DNA of 64,000 nucleotides. It comes from Candidatus Bathyarchaeota archaeon (GTDB lineage: Archaea; Thermoproteota; Bathyarchaeia; 40CM-2-53-6). The stretch is from contig CAVPLU010000012.1 in NCBI GenBank assembly GCA_963706285.1, forward strand, positions 32,001 to 96,000, written 5' to 3'. Shown in pieces: positions 40,081 through 50,269 of the stretch (the stretch's first letter is position 1; each line of letters begins with the position of its first letter). The notes beneath the pieces were generated by a model. That model made no database searches, was not told where the DNA came from, and saw nothing but the letters and a program-made list of their open reading frames with translations. A program made the translations under genes and the position numbers.

Positions 40081-42024
40081 CTACATCCTTTCCGAGAGGC
40101 GGATACCCAAGACTGCCATCGAGTTGGCCAAGACAACTCTGAGTGCGCGAATAAGCATAAGCCTCGAGGCTTTCAGCTCTGGTGTGTCTGCGCGAAGCAC
40201 GTTCACTTTTTCGTAATATTCATGAAACTTCTCAGCAAGCACATTGGCATAGCTCGCGATCTGTTCAGGCCTTAGTCTATCTGCGGACTCCGCGAAGATC
40301 ATCGGGAACTTCCCTATCTGCAGAATCAGGAGATGTTCAAGCGGGTCAGTCAGAGCGCTGTATTCGGGGGCCTCTTGGACATCGCCGGCTTTGGATAGAA
40401 TTCCGCCTGCTCTCGTGTAGGCGTAGTTGATGAAAGGAGCGCTGTTCCTTTCCAGACTTAACACGCGATCCCAAGTGAAGGTAATAGTCTTCGTACTGGA
40501 TGTCGAGAGCATCGCATATTTTATCGCCGCCAACCCTACTGTCCTGCTGATCTCTCGCCGATCCTTGTCGGAGAGAGTCTCCTCTCGGGACGAGATCTTC
40601 TCTTCTGCACGCGATACTGCTTGACTGATGATTTCATCAACACTGATGTATCTTGCTCTACGTTTGGACATCTTGACACCCGGCAACTCGACAATACCGT
40701 ACGCGTAGTGAACCAGATTCTCCGCAATCTGCTTCTGGCCGAGCGCGTAGAGTGCAAGCTTCAGCTGCATCTGAGCCAGTTTCTGCTCAGATCCTATTAC
40801 ATTCACAACTACGTCTGCGTCACGAAACTTCTTGATTGAATAGGCGATATCGCGCGTGACGTAGAGCGTTGACCCATCGCTTCTCACAAGCGTCAGCTGG
40901 GGCACTTCGTAGTTCTCAGCAAATCCAAGAGCCTTGTCTAGTCCGTGTGCTTTCGCTATCTTGTCGACGTCTAGCGCGAGCGATGTTCCATCTGTGATTG
41001 CAAATGGACTTGAGGACAACTGCTTCATCGAATCTCGGACTTCGCCACTCCACACCAGTTCGCTTTCCCAATCCCACTTATCAAACCGCACTTCCATTTG
41101 TTCAAGAGTGGCACGAATGCCTTTAAGAGATAATTCGACAACTTTTCTCACGATGTCTCGTGTCTTATCGTCGTCTTTCTCGTACCGAATGACGATCTGC
41201 TCAACCTCACGCATCGGGGCCGTTCTTGACCGGACGGATTCGACGGTCCTGTGGAAGAGCGTTGAATCGATTGACTCAAGCTCCCCCGCGACGGATGTCC
41301 AGTCCTCCAGTTCGCCGGAAAGCTCCGGGATCTTCTGTGTAGGGTCTGAGGTTTCACGGAGCCGTGAGATCTCAGTTTTCAGGGTTTCAATCTGAACTGC
41401 ACAGTTCACGCAGGCATAAAGGAGGCCCAGCCACTGGTCGGGTTTGCCAATGGGCGTTGGTTCACCTAGAAGGGAGTAACCGTAGGCGAGCATTGCCACT
41501 TGCTTCCCTACGTCGTCAATGTAGAACCTTGTCTGAACTTTGTTACCTCTGGCGCTCAAAATCCTGGCTAGTGCATCACCCAAGATTGTGTTTCTTGCAT
41601 GACCCAAATGCAACGGTCCACTCGGGTTCGCACTCGTATGCTCAACCACTATCCTCTTGGGTTCCGGCGTAGTAGTCAGTCCATAGTGTCCTCCTGCGGA
41701 TATCGAATCCGTAAGAATCTCCTGGCCAGCCTTAGTGAAGTCCAGATGGAAGTTCACGTACCCTGATCCAGCGGGTTCAACTCGATCTATAAGATCAAAC
41801 GTAGACACGTCTATGCGATCTGCGATCTTCTTCGCTATCTCCATCGGGGGAGTTTCAAATTTCTTCCCAAGTTCAAACGGGACTGATGATGCCAACTGGC
41901 CGAATTCTAGTGATGGGGGTTCCTCGAGCATTGCGTCAGGCAAGTCCAGATGATAGAGCTCTTGAATAGACGACGCTAGGGCTTGCGTGCATTGTTCTCG
42001 GAACCTTGTGAGAGTTGGTGGCAT
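40081..42024 (-). CDS. argS: arginyl-tRNA synthetase
   Basis: EHTSANPSGPLHLGHARN, KMSKRR, YAYTRA. Confidence 0.96.
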   Translation of the reverse strand: MPPTLTRFREQCTQALASSIQELYHLDLPDAMLEEPPSLEFGQLASSVPFELGKKFETPPMEIAKKIADRIDVSTFDLIDRVEPAGSGYVNFHLDFTKAGQEILTDSISAGGHYGLTTTPEPKRIVVEHTSANPSGPLHLGHARNTILGDALARILSARGNKVQTRFYIDDVGKQVAMLAYGYSLLGEPTPIGKPDQWLGLLYACVNCAVQIETLKTEISRLRETSDPTQKIPELSGELEDWTSVAGELESIDSTLFHRTVESVRSRTAPMREVEQIVIRYEKDDDKTRDIVRKVVELSLKGIRATLEQMEVRFDKWDWESELVWSGEVRDSMKQLSSSPFAITDGTSLALDVDKIAKAHGLDKALGFAENYEVPQLTLVRSDGSTLYVTRDIAYSIKKFRDADVVVNVIGSEQKLAQMQLKLALYALGQKQIAENLVHYAYGIVELPGVKMSKRRARYISVDEIISQAVSRAEEKISSREETLSDKDRREISRTVGLAAIKYAMLSTSSTKTITFTWDRVLSLERNSAPFINYAYTRAGGILSKAGDVQEAPEYSALTDPLEHLLILQIGKFPMIFAESADRLRPEQIASYANVLAEKFHEYYEKVNVLRADTPELKASRLMLIRALRVVLANSMAVLGIRLSERM

Positions 42025-42232
42025 CTTGAACTCCGCCAAGCTATCATGATATACGCAGGCATCGTACGGGCACAACTTACTGAATAGATTTGGGGGAACG
42101 CTGGAAATGTGGACCTACCTGATTGCGTAATGACGCAGCTTAAGTATCTTTCATGGAACTATCTGCCTGCAGCTGCAGGCGAGAGAAAGAATGTGTTCTT
42201 GCTCCCTGTTGGCTGAAATGTCGGGCGGGCTT

Positions 42233-42333
42233 GGGCGGGTATAGAAAGGGCAGTTTCTCCCGATGCCTAGCCAGGATAGGGCACAGGCCTCCGGAGCCTG
42301 GAGTCGCGGGTTCGAATCCTGCCCCGCCCGCCA
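42233..42333 (+). tRNA. tRNA-Arg(CCG) with 23-nt intron at position 9/10 (42242-42264); CCA encoded
   Basis: Spliced GGGCGGG-TA-GCCT..GGGC-A-CAGGC-CTCCGGA-GCCTG-GAGTC-GCGGG-TTCGAAT-CCTGC-CCCGCCC-G-CCA. Confidence 0.93.
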
Positions 42334-42386
42334 AGTGTACAAGATACGCGGTACCTTTTCGCAAACGCATTCTTCGTGCAGTGAGT

Positions 42387-43193
42387 TCATCTCGGTTTTC
42401 GAAGGAAGAAAACGAAGAGCACTACGAGCGTCATGCAAGCGACCGTTCCTACTTTTGAGAACTCCGGGATAGGGATACTCACGGTAGTGAATTGAACGTT
42501 TGAATCCATATTCGGGCTGTCGAAGTATGCTTGGTAGCGCCATCCCTCGGTGGTTGAGCCTACAATCACAAAAAACGCCAGAATATGGCCTTTTGAGATT
42601 GTTCGATTGACCGCGAAAGTCAGAGTGTACTTCGTCGGTGATTGACTCAGTATACTGCCAATATCGTACTTGTACTGGTAGAATTGATCACCAATTGGGT
42701 TGCCTGTGGCATCGGTTTCAGTCAGACCGAATGCGTACCCAGACGCGATTGGCACAGGATCGAGCGAGCTCATCCAAACTGTCATGGTTGCATTTCCTTG
42801 GATCGTCATGTCCGCGGCGAGCGGCTGAGTGATCCATGAAACGCCACCAACCCAAGCGTCGATCAATGCAAACCACAACCGTGTACTCTGGTGGATATTG
42901 CAGGATACAGCAGCAGTTCGCGCAGTTGCATACGTGGGGGGATTTTCATCAGCGCCATCGTAGATCAATATCGACGAGTTTGAGCTCGCATAGACTGAGC
43001 GATACATGTGGAAACTCATCTTGACTAGTCCCGATTGAGAGACCTGTTCCTCAGCCGCAGCTGCATGTACAAACTGCACGTAGAGCACAAAATTTGCTGT
43101 CAGCATCAGGACCACTAAGGCAAGGGTGCACCAGTTCTGCCAACCGATAGGAGATCGCTTGAGAAACAATATCGGACGCGTTCGATCAGGCAT
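42387..43193 (-). CDS. secreted protein with PEF-CTERM sorting signal
   Basis: Signal peptide; IPEF + TM + RKPR. Confidence 0.8.
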   Translation of the reverse strand: MPDRTRPILFLKRSPIGWQNWCTLALVVLMLTANFVLYVQFVHAAAAEEQVSQSGLVKMSFHMYRSVYASSNSSILIYDGADENPPTYATARTAAVSCNIHQSTRLWFALIDAWVGGVSWITQPLAADMTIQGNATMTVWMSSLDPVPIASGYAFGLTETDATGNPIGDQFYQYKYDIGSILSQSPTKYTLTFAVNRTISKGHILAFFVIVGSTTEGWRYQAYFDSPNMDSNVQFTTVSIPIPEFSKVGTVACMTLVVLFVFFLRKPR

Positions 43194-43307
43194 GTCATGG
43201 TTGACTTAAGGCTTTCACTATGAGATGCCTGAACGGTTCCTTCGATTATGTGACTTAGTGCGCAAGCATGAAGCGGTACTAGCGTTGGAGCTTGGTCAAA
43301 CAATTCA

Positions 43308-45927
43308 TCATTCTTGGTCAGCACAAGACCGTCTTCTTTGCAGTGCATAGACCATAATCAGGGAAATGGCTAGGATGAGCCCGCCTCCTTGAAGCTCAGG
43401 GAGAGGTTCACTAGGATACTTCAGATTGATATCCATAGGCGTCACCGAGCCGAGGGACAATTGCACTTCAGCTCCTTGAGTTGTGTATCCTGGGGATGCT
43501 GCTGCGATCATGTACTTCCCGGTCGGTAGCCACATCTGATAGAAGCCGTCCAGAGAGCTTGTATAAGCTTCCACGGGACCATAGGCTGTCACTGTGGCCC
43601 ATGAAATCGGAATCAAGTCTCCGTACATGTTGAATCCGGAGACGGTTCCGAAGACACGGCTTAGCTTCTCAAAGCTTACTGGGACAGTCACTATGCTTTC
43701 AGGGGTTGTTGTGACGGTTAATGTGTCAAGCTGCGAGTAACCAGGCACCCATACCACAACCCGATATGATCCAGGAGGTAGGCCGTAGTCCTTCTGCAAT
43801 TGACGGTCCGTGGTATCATAGAAGTTCACCCACCTCAAGGCAGGATTTCCCGCGTAGTTTCGGAAGCCGGCCGTCCAAACCGTCGAGTTGGCAGGGATCC
43901 GTGTCGCATTCGCAGCTACGAGAATCCCGTGAGTATCGTAAAGCTCGATTCGTACTGGTGGCCCTGGTGGCTGCATCCACGTGTAGGGTGTCGTATCGAT
44001 AGGCGCGATCAGACCCTCCGTCCTAAACGTCAATATCAGATTGATACGGGTGCCAGGTCAGCAAGTCCATCATCATGTCGCTCGCGCTTCCAAGCGACAC
44101 CACAACCGTATACTCCCTGGCCTGAAGATAGCCCACCGTGTAAGCCCTCAAGAGATACCGGTCAGGAAGTAGACCTGTCACATTGACGAAATTTACAGTG
44201 CGCGTACCATTCTTGTAATACGTTACAGTGCCCGTACCATTCTGCCTTCCGTTTGCAGTATAGAGTACTCCAGCTGAGCCTATCAACTCGAACCTGATAG
44301 GCGCATTAGGATACAACCAAGCGACTTCTAATGGCGGAGTCTGCCAATTCACCGATCGCAAAGCAATGAGTAGACTGCCCGCCCTAACCAAATCGTAACT
44401 GAGACTAACCACCGTGCAGCCTCCCCCAATCGCTGCCTGAACAAGCGTTGTCTGCACGTACCCAGGAAAAGAAGCCTGAATCACATACACTCCAGTAGGC
44501 GGTCCGTAAACTCCTCTTGAACCAGAAACCCCAACCAGCACACTCCCGTTGATGCTCACCCGCACTCACAAGAGTACCATACGAACCCCCAAGCGATCCA
44601 TCAGCAGCATACACACTAACCCTCAATACCCCGTCTTGCGGGACACCACAGTCCTCAAGCTTGACACCCCGGCACAAGTCGCCGCCCTCAGACTCACGGA
44701 AATGCACCGTAACAAGGAACGAGCCGCTCCCCCAAAGATCCATATTAACCACGATCTCACGCGAATAATCAAACACGTGAACACGAACCACATCATTCTG
44801 ATAATACCCATTCACACGAGCATTCAGATAATAATCGCCAAGCGCGAAACCAGAAACGTAATCCGCATAATCCTGCGGAACATGACCATCCAACTCCACC
44901 GACCCATTCAACATGAAATGATAATACGAAAGCAGCGGATCGGTTCTACCAGTCACAGAAACTACAAGACCGCCAGAATAATCCGACAATTCTATCGTGA
45001 TCAGCGACGAATTAGACACGCTACCCCAAGGAACTGGCCCGCTAACACATTTCGAAGTGATGAGGCCAGTTATTGTTGCGCTTGGATGCAAATAGATGTC
45101 GACGCCTTCCAACGATTGACCAGTAGAAACAGTAACCCTCTCACTCATCTCTAATGGAGTGAAGCCATCCGCTGAAGCATTCAACGTGTACGTTCCCGCC
45201 GCGAGGCCATAGATAGTGTAGGCACCATTCGCGGAAGCGATTGAAGTAAGCCTGCGCCGTGACGGTTCTACCTTGCCTAGTCGTACCTTCCGCAATAACC
45301 CTACCCGACACATCAACAGGCTCAGCGTACATTCCTTGCGTCCCATTCATCACGCGACCAGAAATGTACGCTGGATCCAAATCACATTTCACCACAACAG
45401 TCGGAAAATTCTCCGCACCTATCGACTGCCCATCCGTGAAGACCTTAACGAAATACCTACCACACACGGTAGGAGCTTCAACGTTGAACAATCTTATGAA
45501 GTAGCTACCGATCGGAATAGTACCGTTCTCGACAACTATCCTCCACCAGCCAGGCGCGATAGCATCCCTCGATCCCTGTCTGCCTAGAGATATGCGGTTG
45601 TAGTCATTCGTTATGCTGGTCCAAACACTCACGGTGCCCGATTGCTGAAAACCAAACTCAGGCGGCACATAAACCACAATCGAAGACACAACCTCGCTTA
45701 ACGTGACGTTTAGAGAGATGTCGCCTGTCGAATTCTGCAGTATAGCACCCTTCGGATAATCCAGCTTCACCACGCTGTCAGACGTGCCCAAATCATGAGC
45801 ATACATTCCAGGAGACATCTGCACCTTAGCCTGACCTCCCGGATTTGCTAAGGCATCTCCAGGGACGCAGCCGGTCTGCAATGACCAGCAACAGTATGAT
45901 GAGCAATAGTCGCTTAGAACAATTCAT
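43308..45927 (-). CDS. large surface protein with carboxypeptidase-regulatory-like beta-sandwich repeats (several 1-nt indels)
   Basis: Four track ORFs join by single-base corrections; repeated G.Y.....L..G.Y...A...GY units; LPEL + TM + RRR end. Confidence 0.8.
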
Positions 45928-45978
45928 CTTCAATCCGCCGGAAGGTCTTGAACAATCCAAGACCGACGTGTCGCCGAG

Positions 45979-46383
45979 CTAGGTTGTTGTAGGCGTCGAT
46001 TCTTCCTCTATGGGCAGTTCCGACATATCTTCGACTTCTTCTCCTTTTCTCCGTCGAGCATACACCATAGCAATTCCCAAGACTGCCAAGACTATGAGAA
46101 AACCGCTCAGTAACGAATTGATGACTAAGATCTCGCTGGATGTCAACGGAAGTGAACTTGTTGCACGTGTGAAAGCAGTGAAAGCAGTGTTGGTTCCACG
46201 TGGAAAGGTTTGGGAAGGAAAGAACATGTCTTGGAGGTAGGCATATGCACCGTTCAGAATTCCTGCCACTAAGCTTGCGGATGCCAACCTCTTCTTGGAA
46301 ATCCTCGGGCTCTTAGATCTGATTGCCGATCCCACTGCGAGGCCGGCAACGATTACTGGGATTATGATTGATACCTGTGCCAT
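45979..46383 (-). CDS. hypothetical membrane protein
   Basis: Three hydrophobic segments, acidic tail. Confidence 0.7.
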   Translation of the reverse strand: MAQVSIIIPVIVAGLAVGSAIRSKSPRISKKRLASASLVAGILNGAYAYLQDMFFPSQTFPRGTNTAFTAFTRATSSLPLTSSEILVINSLLSGFLIVLAVLGIAMVYARRRKGEEVEDMSELPIEEESTPTTT

Positions 46384-46504
46384 AGAGCTCGCCTAACTTT
46401 TACCTGAGCTTCGAACGCATTTATATAAGGATGCTAAGAGGCCGTCATCAGGGAAAAATAGTCTTGGTGCTTCCGAGTGTCCACAACCCCGATCCGGAGA
46501 TGAT

Positions 46505-47485
46505 GTGAACGTGAATGCTCTCGTTGTGTTGAAAGAACGAGCGATTTTCGCATTCGTATTGTTGTTGCTTCTTGCGCCGATCGGCGTTGTTGTCGGTCAG
46601 AGCGCTACACAATTGACCGTAACCGTTACTGGTCAGACGTTGACTGCAGGTTTCAACAATAATGTCACGATAACGGTTACGGACAGCTACTTTTCGGGGA
46701 ACGTGTATCCGTCCTCAGCGATTTACGATGTGGACGTCGCCGTATCGTTGCCTACTCCGCTACAAATGTTCGGAGATAACCATTGGCACTACGGTACGAT
46801 CGCGTTGAAGCAGTCTGTCACCATTAGCCTTCAAGTCTATGCGCCTATTTCAGCGATCGGCAGCTCGTATCAGGGCACAATTACTGTGAATTATCGAGAG
46901 CTTGGTGACATATCCTACACTACGGAGACTCATCAGGTTAGCTTCGCAGTTCGCGGCTGGATCAGCCTAGTACTCTACGGTGTACAGGTGACGGTGACCG
47001 CTGCCGTGCCTGGCGGTAACGCAACAATCTCCGGCAACCTCCTCAACAGCGGAAACCTAGCCGCCTACAACGCGAACGTGACAGTCAAGTCAGACGCGTT
47101 AGCGTCAACCAGCGTCTCAAGCCTATTCTTGGGTGAAATTGATCCTAACATACCTAGACCATTCAGCCTCCTAATCAACTTCAAGAAAACCCTAACCGAA
47201 GGAAACTACTCAATCACAATCAAGGTAACCGCAATCGACACAAACAACCCAGCCTCACCATACAGCGTCCAACAAACATCACGAATCCAAATAAGAAAAC
47301 CCGTCGTGCAACCACCGCAACAGCGACAGCAGGAAAGTGGCGTCACTGGAATGGTTCTTGAGATCCTACGATTTCTCTATGGATTGTTCTTCGGTTTCTG
47401 GAGTCTTGCAACATCGGTCTGGCCGACCTACTCGTACTTCAGTGCTACAACCGCGTTCATCCTTGATGCCCGCCACGCAGGATAG
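46505..47485 (+). CDS. COG1361-like secreted Ig-fold protein associated with ABC exporter
   Basis: Signal peptide, ISGNLLNSGN.AAYN, LFLGEIDPN; convergent with MacB-like permease. Confidence 0.75.
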   Translation: MNVNALVVLKERAIFAFVLLLLLAPIGVVVGQSATQLTVTVTGQTLTAGFNNNVTITVTDSYFSGNVYPSSAIYDVDVAVSLPTPLQMFGDNHWHYGTIALKQSVTISLQVYAPISAIGSSYQGTITVNYRELGDISYTTETHQVSFAVRGWISLVLYGVQVTVTAAVPGGNATISGNLLNSGNLAAYNANVTVKSDALASTSVSSLFLGEIDPNIPRPFSLLINFKKTLTEGNYSITIKVTAIDTNNPASPYSVQQTSRIQIRKPVVQPPQQRQQESGVTGMVLEILRFLYGLFFGFWSLATSVWPTYSYFSATTAFILDARHAG

Positions 47486-48714
47486 AGTCCAGCCAGCGTT
47501 GCCAGTACGACAGGGAATACCAAAGAGAAGAGAATGAGCCCGCTTGAGAATACAGGGTGAATAGTCATAGTCGCGGCGGCGCTACCGCCCCCACCTCCAC
47601 CACCGAAACCGGTGAATCCTCGTCCACCGCCAATGCCAAAGCCCGCGAACATTCCACCCATGAGGTAGGCAAGCATGAAACCAAGCACCAATCCGAAAAC
47701 ACCGCCGAGCATCCCCGTCAGGGCAGCTTCAGCTAGGAAGATGCTCATTATCTGCTTGGGCCTGAAGCCCAATGCCTTCATTACGCCGATTTCTCGCGTT
47801 CGCTCCATCACGGATACGAACATGGTGTTGATTATGCCCACAGCAGCGACGAATAGCGAGACAGCACCAATACTCCCCAAGAACAAGCTCAATTGGCTGG
47901 TGATACTCGTAATGCTCGACAGGATTTGCCCGGGGCTCACAACCCGCACGTTTGATGAGTAGTAGGTTTCGATTGCTGATTGGACGTTAGCGACATCGTC
48001 GGGCGTCGCGGTTATTACGTAGATGCCCGTGTAGACCGGGGTTTTCGCTAGAAATTGGACAGCCTGTATGGGTATGAAGACTGTGTCGTCTACGTTCGAG
48101 AACAACGCCGAACCGTATTGGCTCAAGATCGCGCTAGCAAGAACCGTGTAGGCAGTTCCTCCTCCCCTAGCTCCCCTGATGCCTGAAACTGTCATTGAAA
48201 CCATCTGCGTGATTTGCAGGGGGGTACCCGAGGTCGGGTATGCAATCCCCCACCCCACGACCGCAGAGGTCGTGGCGCCAACGTCCGGTAAGGAACCGGC
48301 TGCAATTGTCAATCCGTTGTATAGCACGAACAAGGCGTTCAGATCTAACCCAACAAGAGTCGTCTGGAGAGAGGACCCACCGACGTTCATCGTTGCTCCA
48401 TACTGGTAGTACGGATAAGCCGCAATGACCCCGCTGATTGTCCGTAGGTAGCTTACGTCACTGTCTGTAAGTTGGAAGGAACTCGAACTCTGCGAACCAG
48501 AAGCGAATTGTCCGCGTGCTGGCTGAATCGTCAGAACGTTCGCACCCGTTTTCTGGATTTGGCTCGTAATACCTGCACTGAGCCCGCTTGAACTCGCGAC
48601 TAATGCTAGGATAATGGCTGATCCCACCGCAATTCCGAGCATAGTCAAGACGCTGCGGACCTTTCTGTCCATCAGAGCCTTGAAAGCTAGCCTGAATGTA
48701 TCTGCGAGTCTCAA
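47428..48714 (-). CDS. ABC transporter permease (MacB/FtsX family)
   Basis: RKVRSVLTMLGIAVG, SVMERTREIGVMKALG, GLYPAWRASRM. Confidence 0.95.
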   Translation of the reverse strand: MRLADTFRLAFKALMDRKVRSVLTMLGIAVGSAIILALVASSSGLSAGITSQIQKTGANVLTIQPARGQFASGSQSSSSFQLTDSDVSYLRTISGVIAAYPYYQYGATMNVGGSSLQTTLVGLDLNALFVLYNGLTIAAGSLPDVGATTSAVVGWGIAYPTSGTPLQITQMVSMTVSGIRGARGGGTAYTVLASAILSQYGSALFSNVDDTVFIPIQAVQFLAKTPVYTGIYVITATPDDVANVQSAIETYYSSNVRVVSPGQILSSITSITSQLSLFLGSIGAVSLFVAAVGIINTMFVSVMERTREIGVMKALGFRPKQIMSIFLAEAALTGMLGGVFGLVLGFMLAYLMGGMFAGFGIGGGRGFTGFGGGGGGGSAAATMTIHPVFSSGLILFSLVFPVVLATLAGLYPAWRASRMNAVVALKYE

Positions 48715-48901
48715 TAGGAGTCACTTCCCTTCCGAGAAATCCTGCACAAAGCGCTTTCTATCCTGATCAAATCGAACATCATTCTTCCAAGTGAGAATGG
48801 CAAACATGTCGGCTGCCTTGCTACGCTTAACCGAGTCATCATTGCTTGCCCTGTCCTTGCCTTGAACTCATGTGCAAATACTCCAAATGTGAGTATTGGC
48901 G

Positions 48902-49642
48902 TCACGCTCCTGTGTAGGAATCCATCCGCTGAAGATACTGCTCTTTCTCAATCAGCCCATCTTTGATTGTGATCACGCGATGCGTCATGTTAGCAACATC
49001 TGGATTGTGGGTCACTAGAACGAATGTAGTGCCGAGGGTCTTGTTGACTTGGACAATGTAGCTGAGAACCTCGTTAGTGGTCTTCGAGTCCACGTTTCCA
49101 GTCGGTTCGTCGCCAAGAACGAGAGCAGGCTGAGTGACCAGCGCCCTCGCGATCGCGACGCGTTGCTGCTCTCCGCCGCTAAGTTCTGTTGGGCGCTTGT
49201 TCGCTTTCTTTGCCAGCCCAACTGCGCTTAACATCTTCAAGGACCTGCTCCTGCGAATCTTGTCTGATACGCCCCTTGCTATCAGTGGCATCTCCACATT
49301 CTCAATTGAAGTGAGTCTCTGAATTAGGTTGAAGGTCTGGTAGACGAAACCAATCTTCTGGTTTCGAAGGATAGCAAGCCCATCTTCATTCAGCCTCTTC
49401 AAGTCAACGCCATCGATGATGACACGCCCTGATGTAGGCGGGTCAAGCGCACCAATCAGGTTAAGGAGCGTCGATTTCCCACTACCTGAAGGCCCAACGA
49501 TCGACACGAGTTCACGCTTTCCTATCTTAAGATTCACGCCCCTGAGAGCCGGATAGTCCATGTGCCCTACACGATAGACTTTCGTAACGTCGATCGTTTG
49601 AATCGCTGGAGGGCTTCGCGCTGTCAATTCTCTCTCAGCCAC
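48902..49642 (-). CDS. ABC transporter ATP-binding protein (LolD/MacB-like)
   Basis: GPSGSGKST, LSGGEQQRVAIARAL, DEPTGN. Confidence 0.96.
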   Translation of the reverse strand: MAERELTARSPPAIQTIDVTKVYRVGHMDYPALRGVNLKIGKRELVSIVGPSGSGKSTLLNLIGALDPPTSGRVIIDGVDLKRLNEDGLAILRNQKIGFVYQTFNLIQRLTSIENVEMPLIARGVSDKIRRSRSLKMLSAVGLAKKANKRPTELSGGEQQRVAIARALVTQPALVLGDEPTGNVDSKTTNEVLSYIVQVNKTLGTTFVLVTHNPDVANMTHRVITIKDGLIEKEQYLQRMDSYTGA

Positions 49643-49726
49643 GTGTGGGTTCGAATGGTCGAGGATTTACGTGTTTTTCCTGCGTTTTCTCACATCAATC
49701 GTCCAGAACGATTCGAAAGCACACTT

Positions 49727-49828
49727 TGGAGCCGGGGGTGGGAGTCGAACCCACATTCTGCGGCTCTGCAGGCCACCGCCTGAACCGTTCGGCCTTCGGT
49801 GGTCACATCAGTTGTGACCAACCCCGGC
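49727..49828 (-). tRNA. tRNA-Cys(GCA) with 26-nt intron at position 8/9 (49795-49820); CCA encoded
   Basis: Spliced GCCGGGG-TG-GCCG..AGGC-G-GTGGC-CTGCAGA-GCCGC-AGAAT-GTGGG-TTCGACT-CCCAC-CCCCGGC-T-CCA. Confidence 0.92.
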
Positions 49829-49992
49829 ATTTTCCCCGGCAGTCGAAACTTCAATTCTTGCCGTATAAGTCTATTGAACAGAGTATCAGTATTGACGCAA
49901 CCGGCTTCATTTGGGGTGGCAGCATCTTTTTGTTTGATCACTGTCAGGCACATGGTTAGGAAGACCTCCCGATGGAACGTGGACAGGCGTTC

Positions 49993-50268
49993 ATGATTAG
50001 GCTATGCTCAGATAAGGCAGCCTACGAAGCCGTTCCAAGAAGGAGAATCAAGGTGGATCTGGCAAGGGTCAGGCGCGTTCTCCAGTTGGCGGGAAATTGC
50101 GAGATCACTCTTTGGACTCGTCAGCTGATGGTTGTTAAGCGAGAGGATGCGATCGAGATCACGATTGTTGATGATGGTCGCATGATCATCAGGAATGTCA
50201 CGGATGAACAGGCCGCTCGAAGCATCGCAGAGACTCTATTGCCTGAGCTGACGGCAGGGGAACATTGA
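49993..50268 (+). CDS. small protein resembling the C-terminal domain of the neighbouring MoeB
   Basis: RLC..KVDL..EITIVDDGRMIIRNV versus WLC..RIDL..EITLFAHGRMLIKGV. Confidence 0.75.
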   Translation: MIRLCSDKAAYEAVPRRRIKVDLARVRRVLQLAGNCEITLWTRQLMVVKREDAIEITIVDDGRMIIRNVTDEQAARSIAETLLPELTAGEH

Positions 50269-50269
50269 C

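Noticed and set aside
42165-42180. Perfect 16-bp palindrome GCCTGCAGCTGCAGGC upstream of tRNA-Arg
   Set aside because: Single GC-rich occurrence with no second copy or assignable function.
48711-48905. 64-aa ORF or C/D box sRNA between the ABC genes
   Set aside because: It overlaps both neighbours by 4 nt but has no protein motif; ATGATGA is present without a proper CTGA D box.
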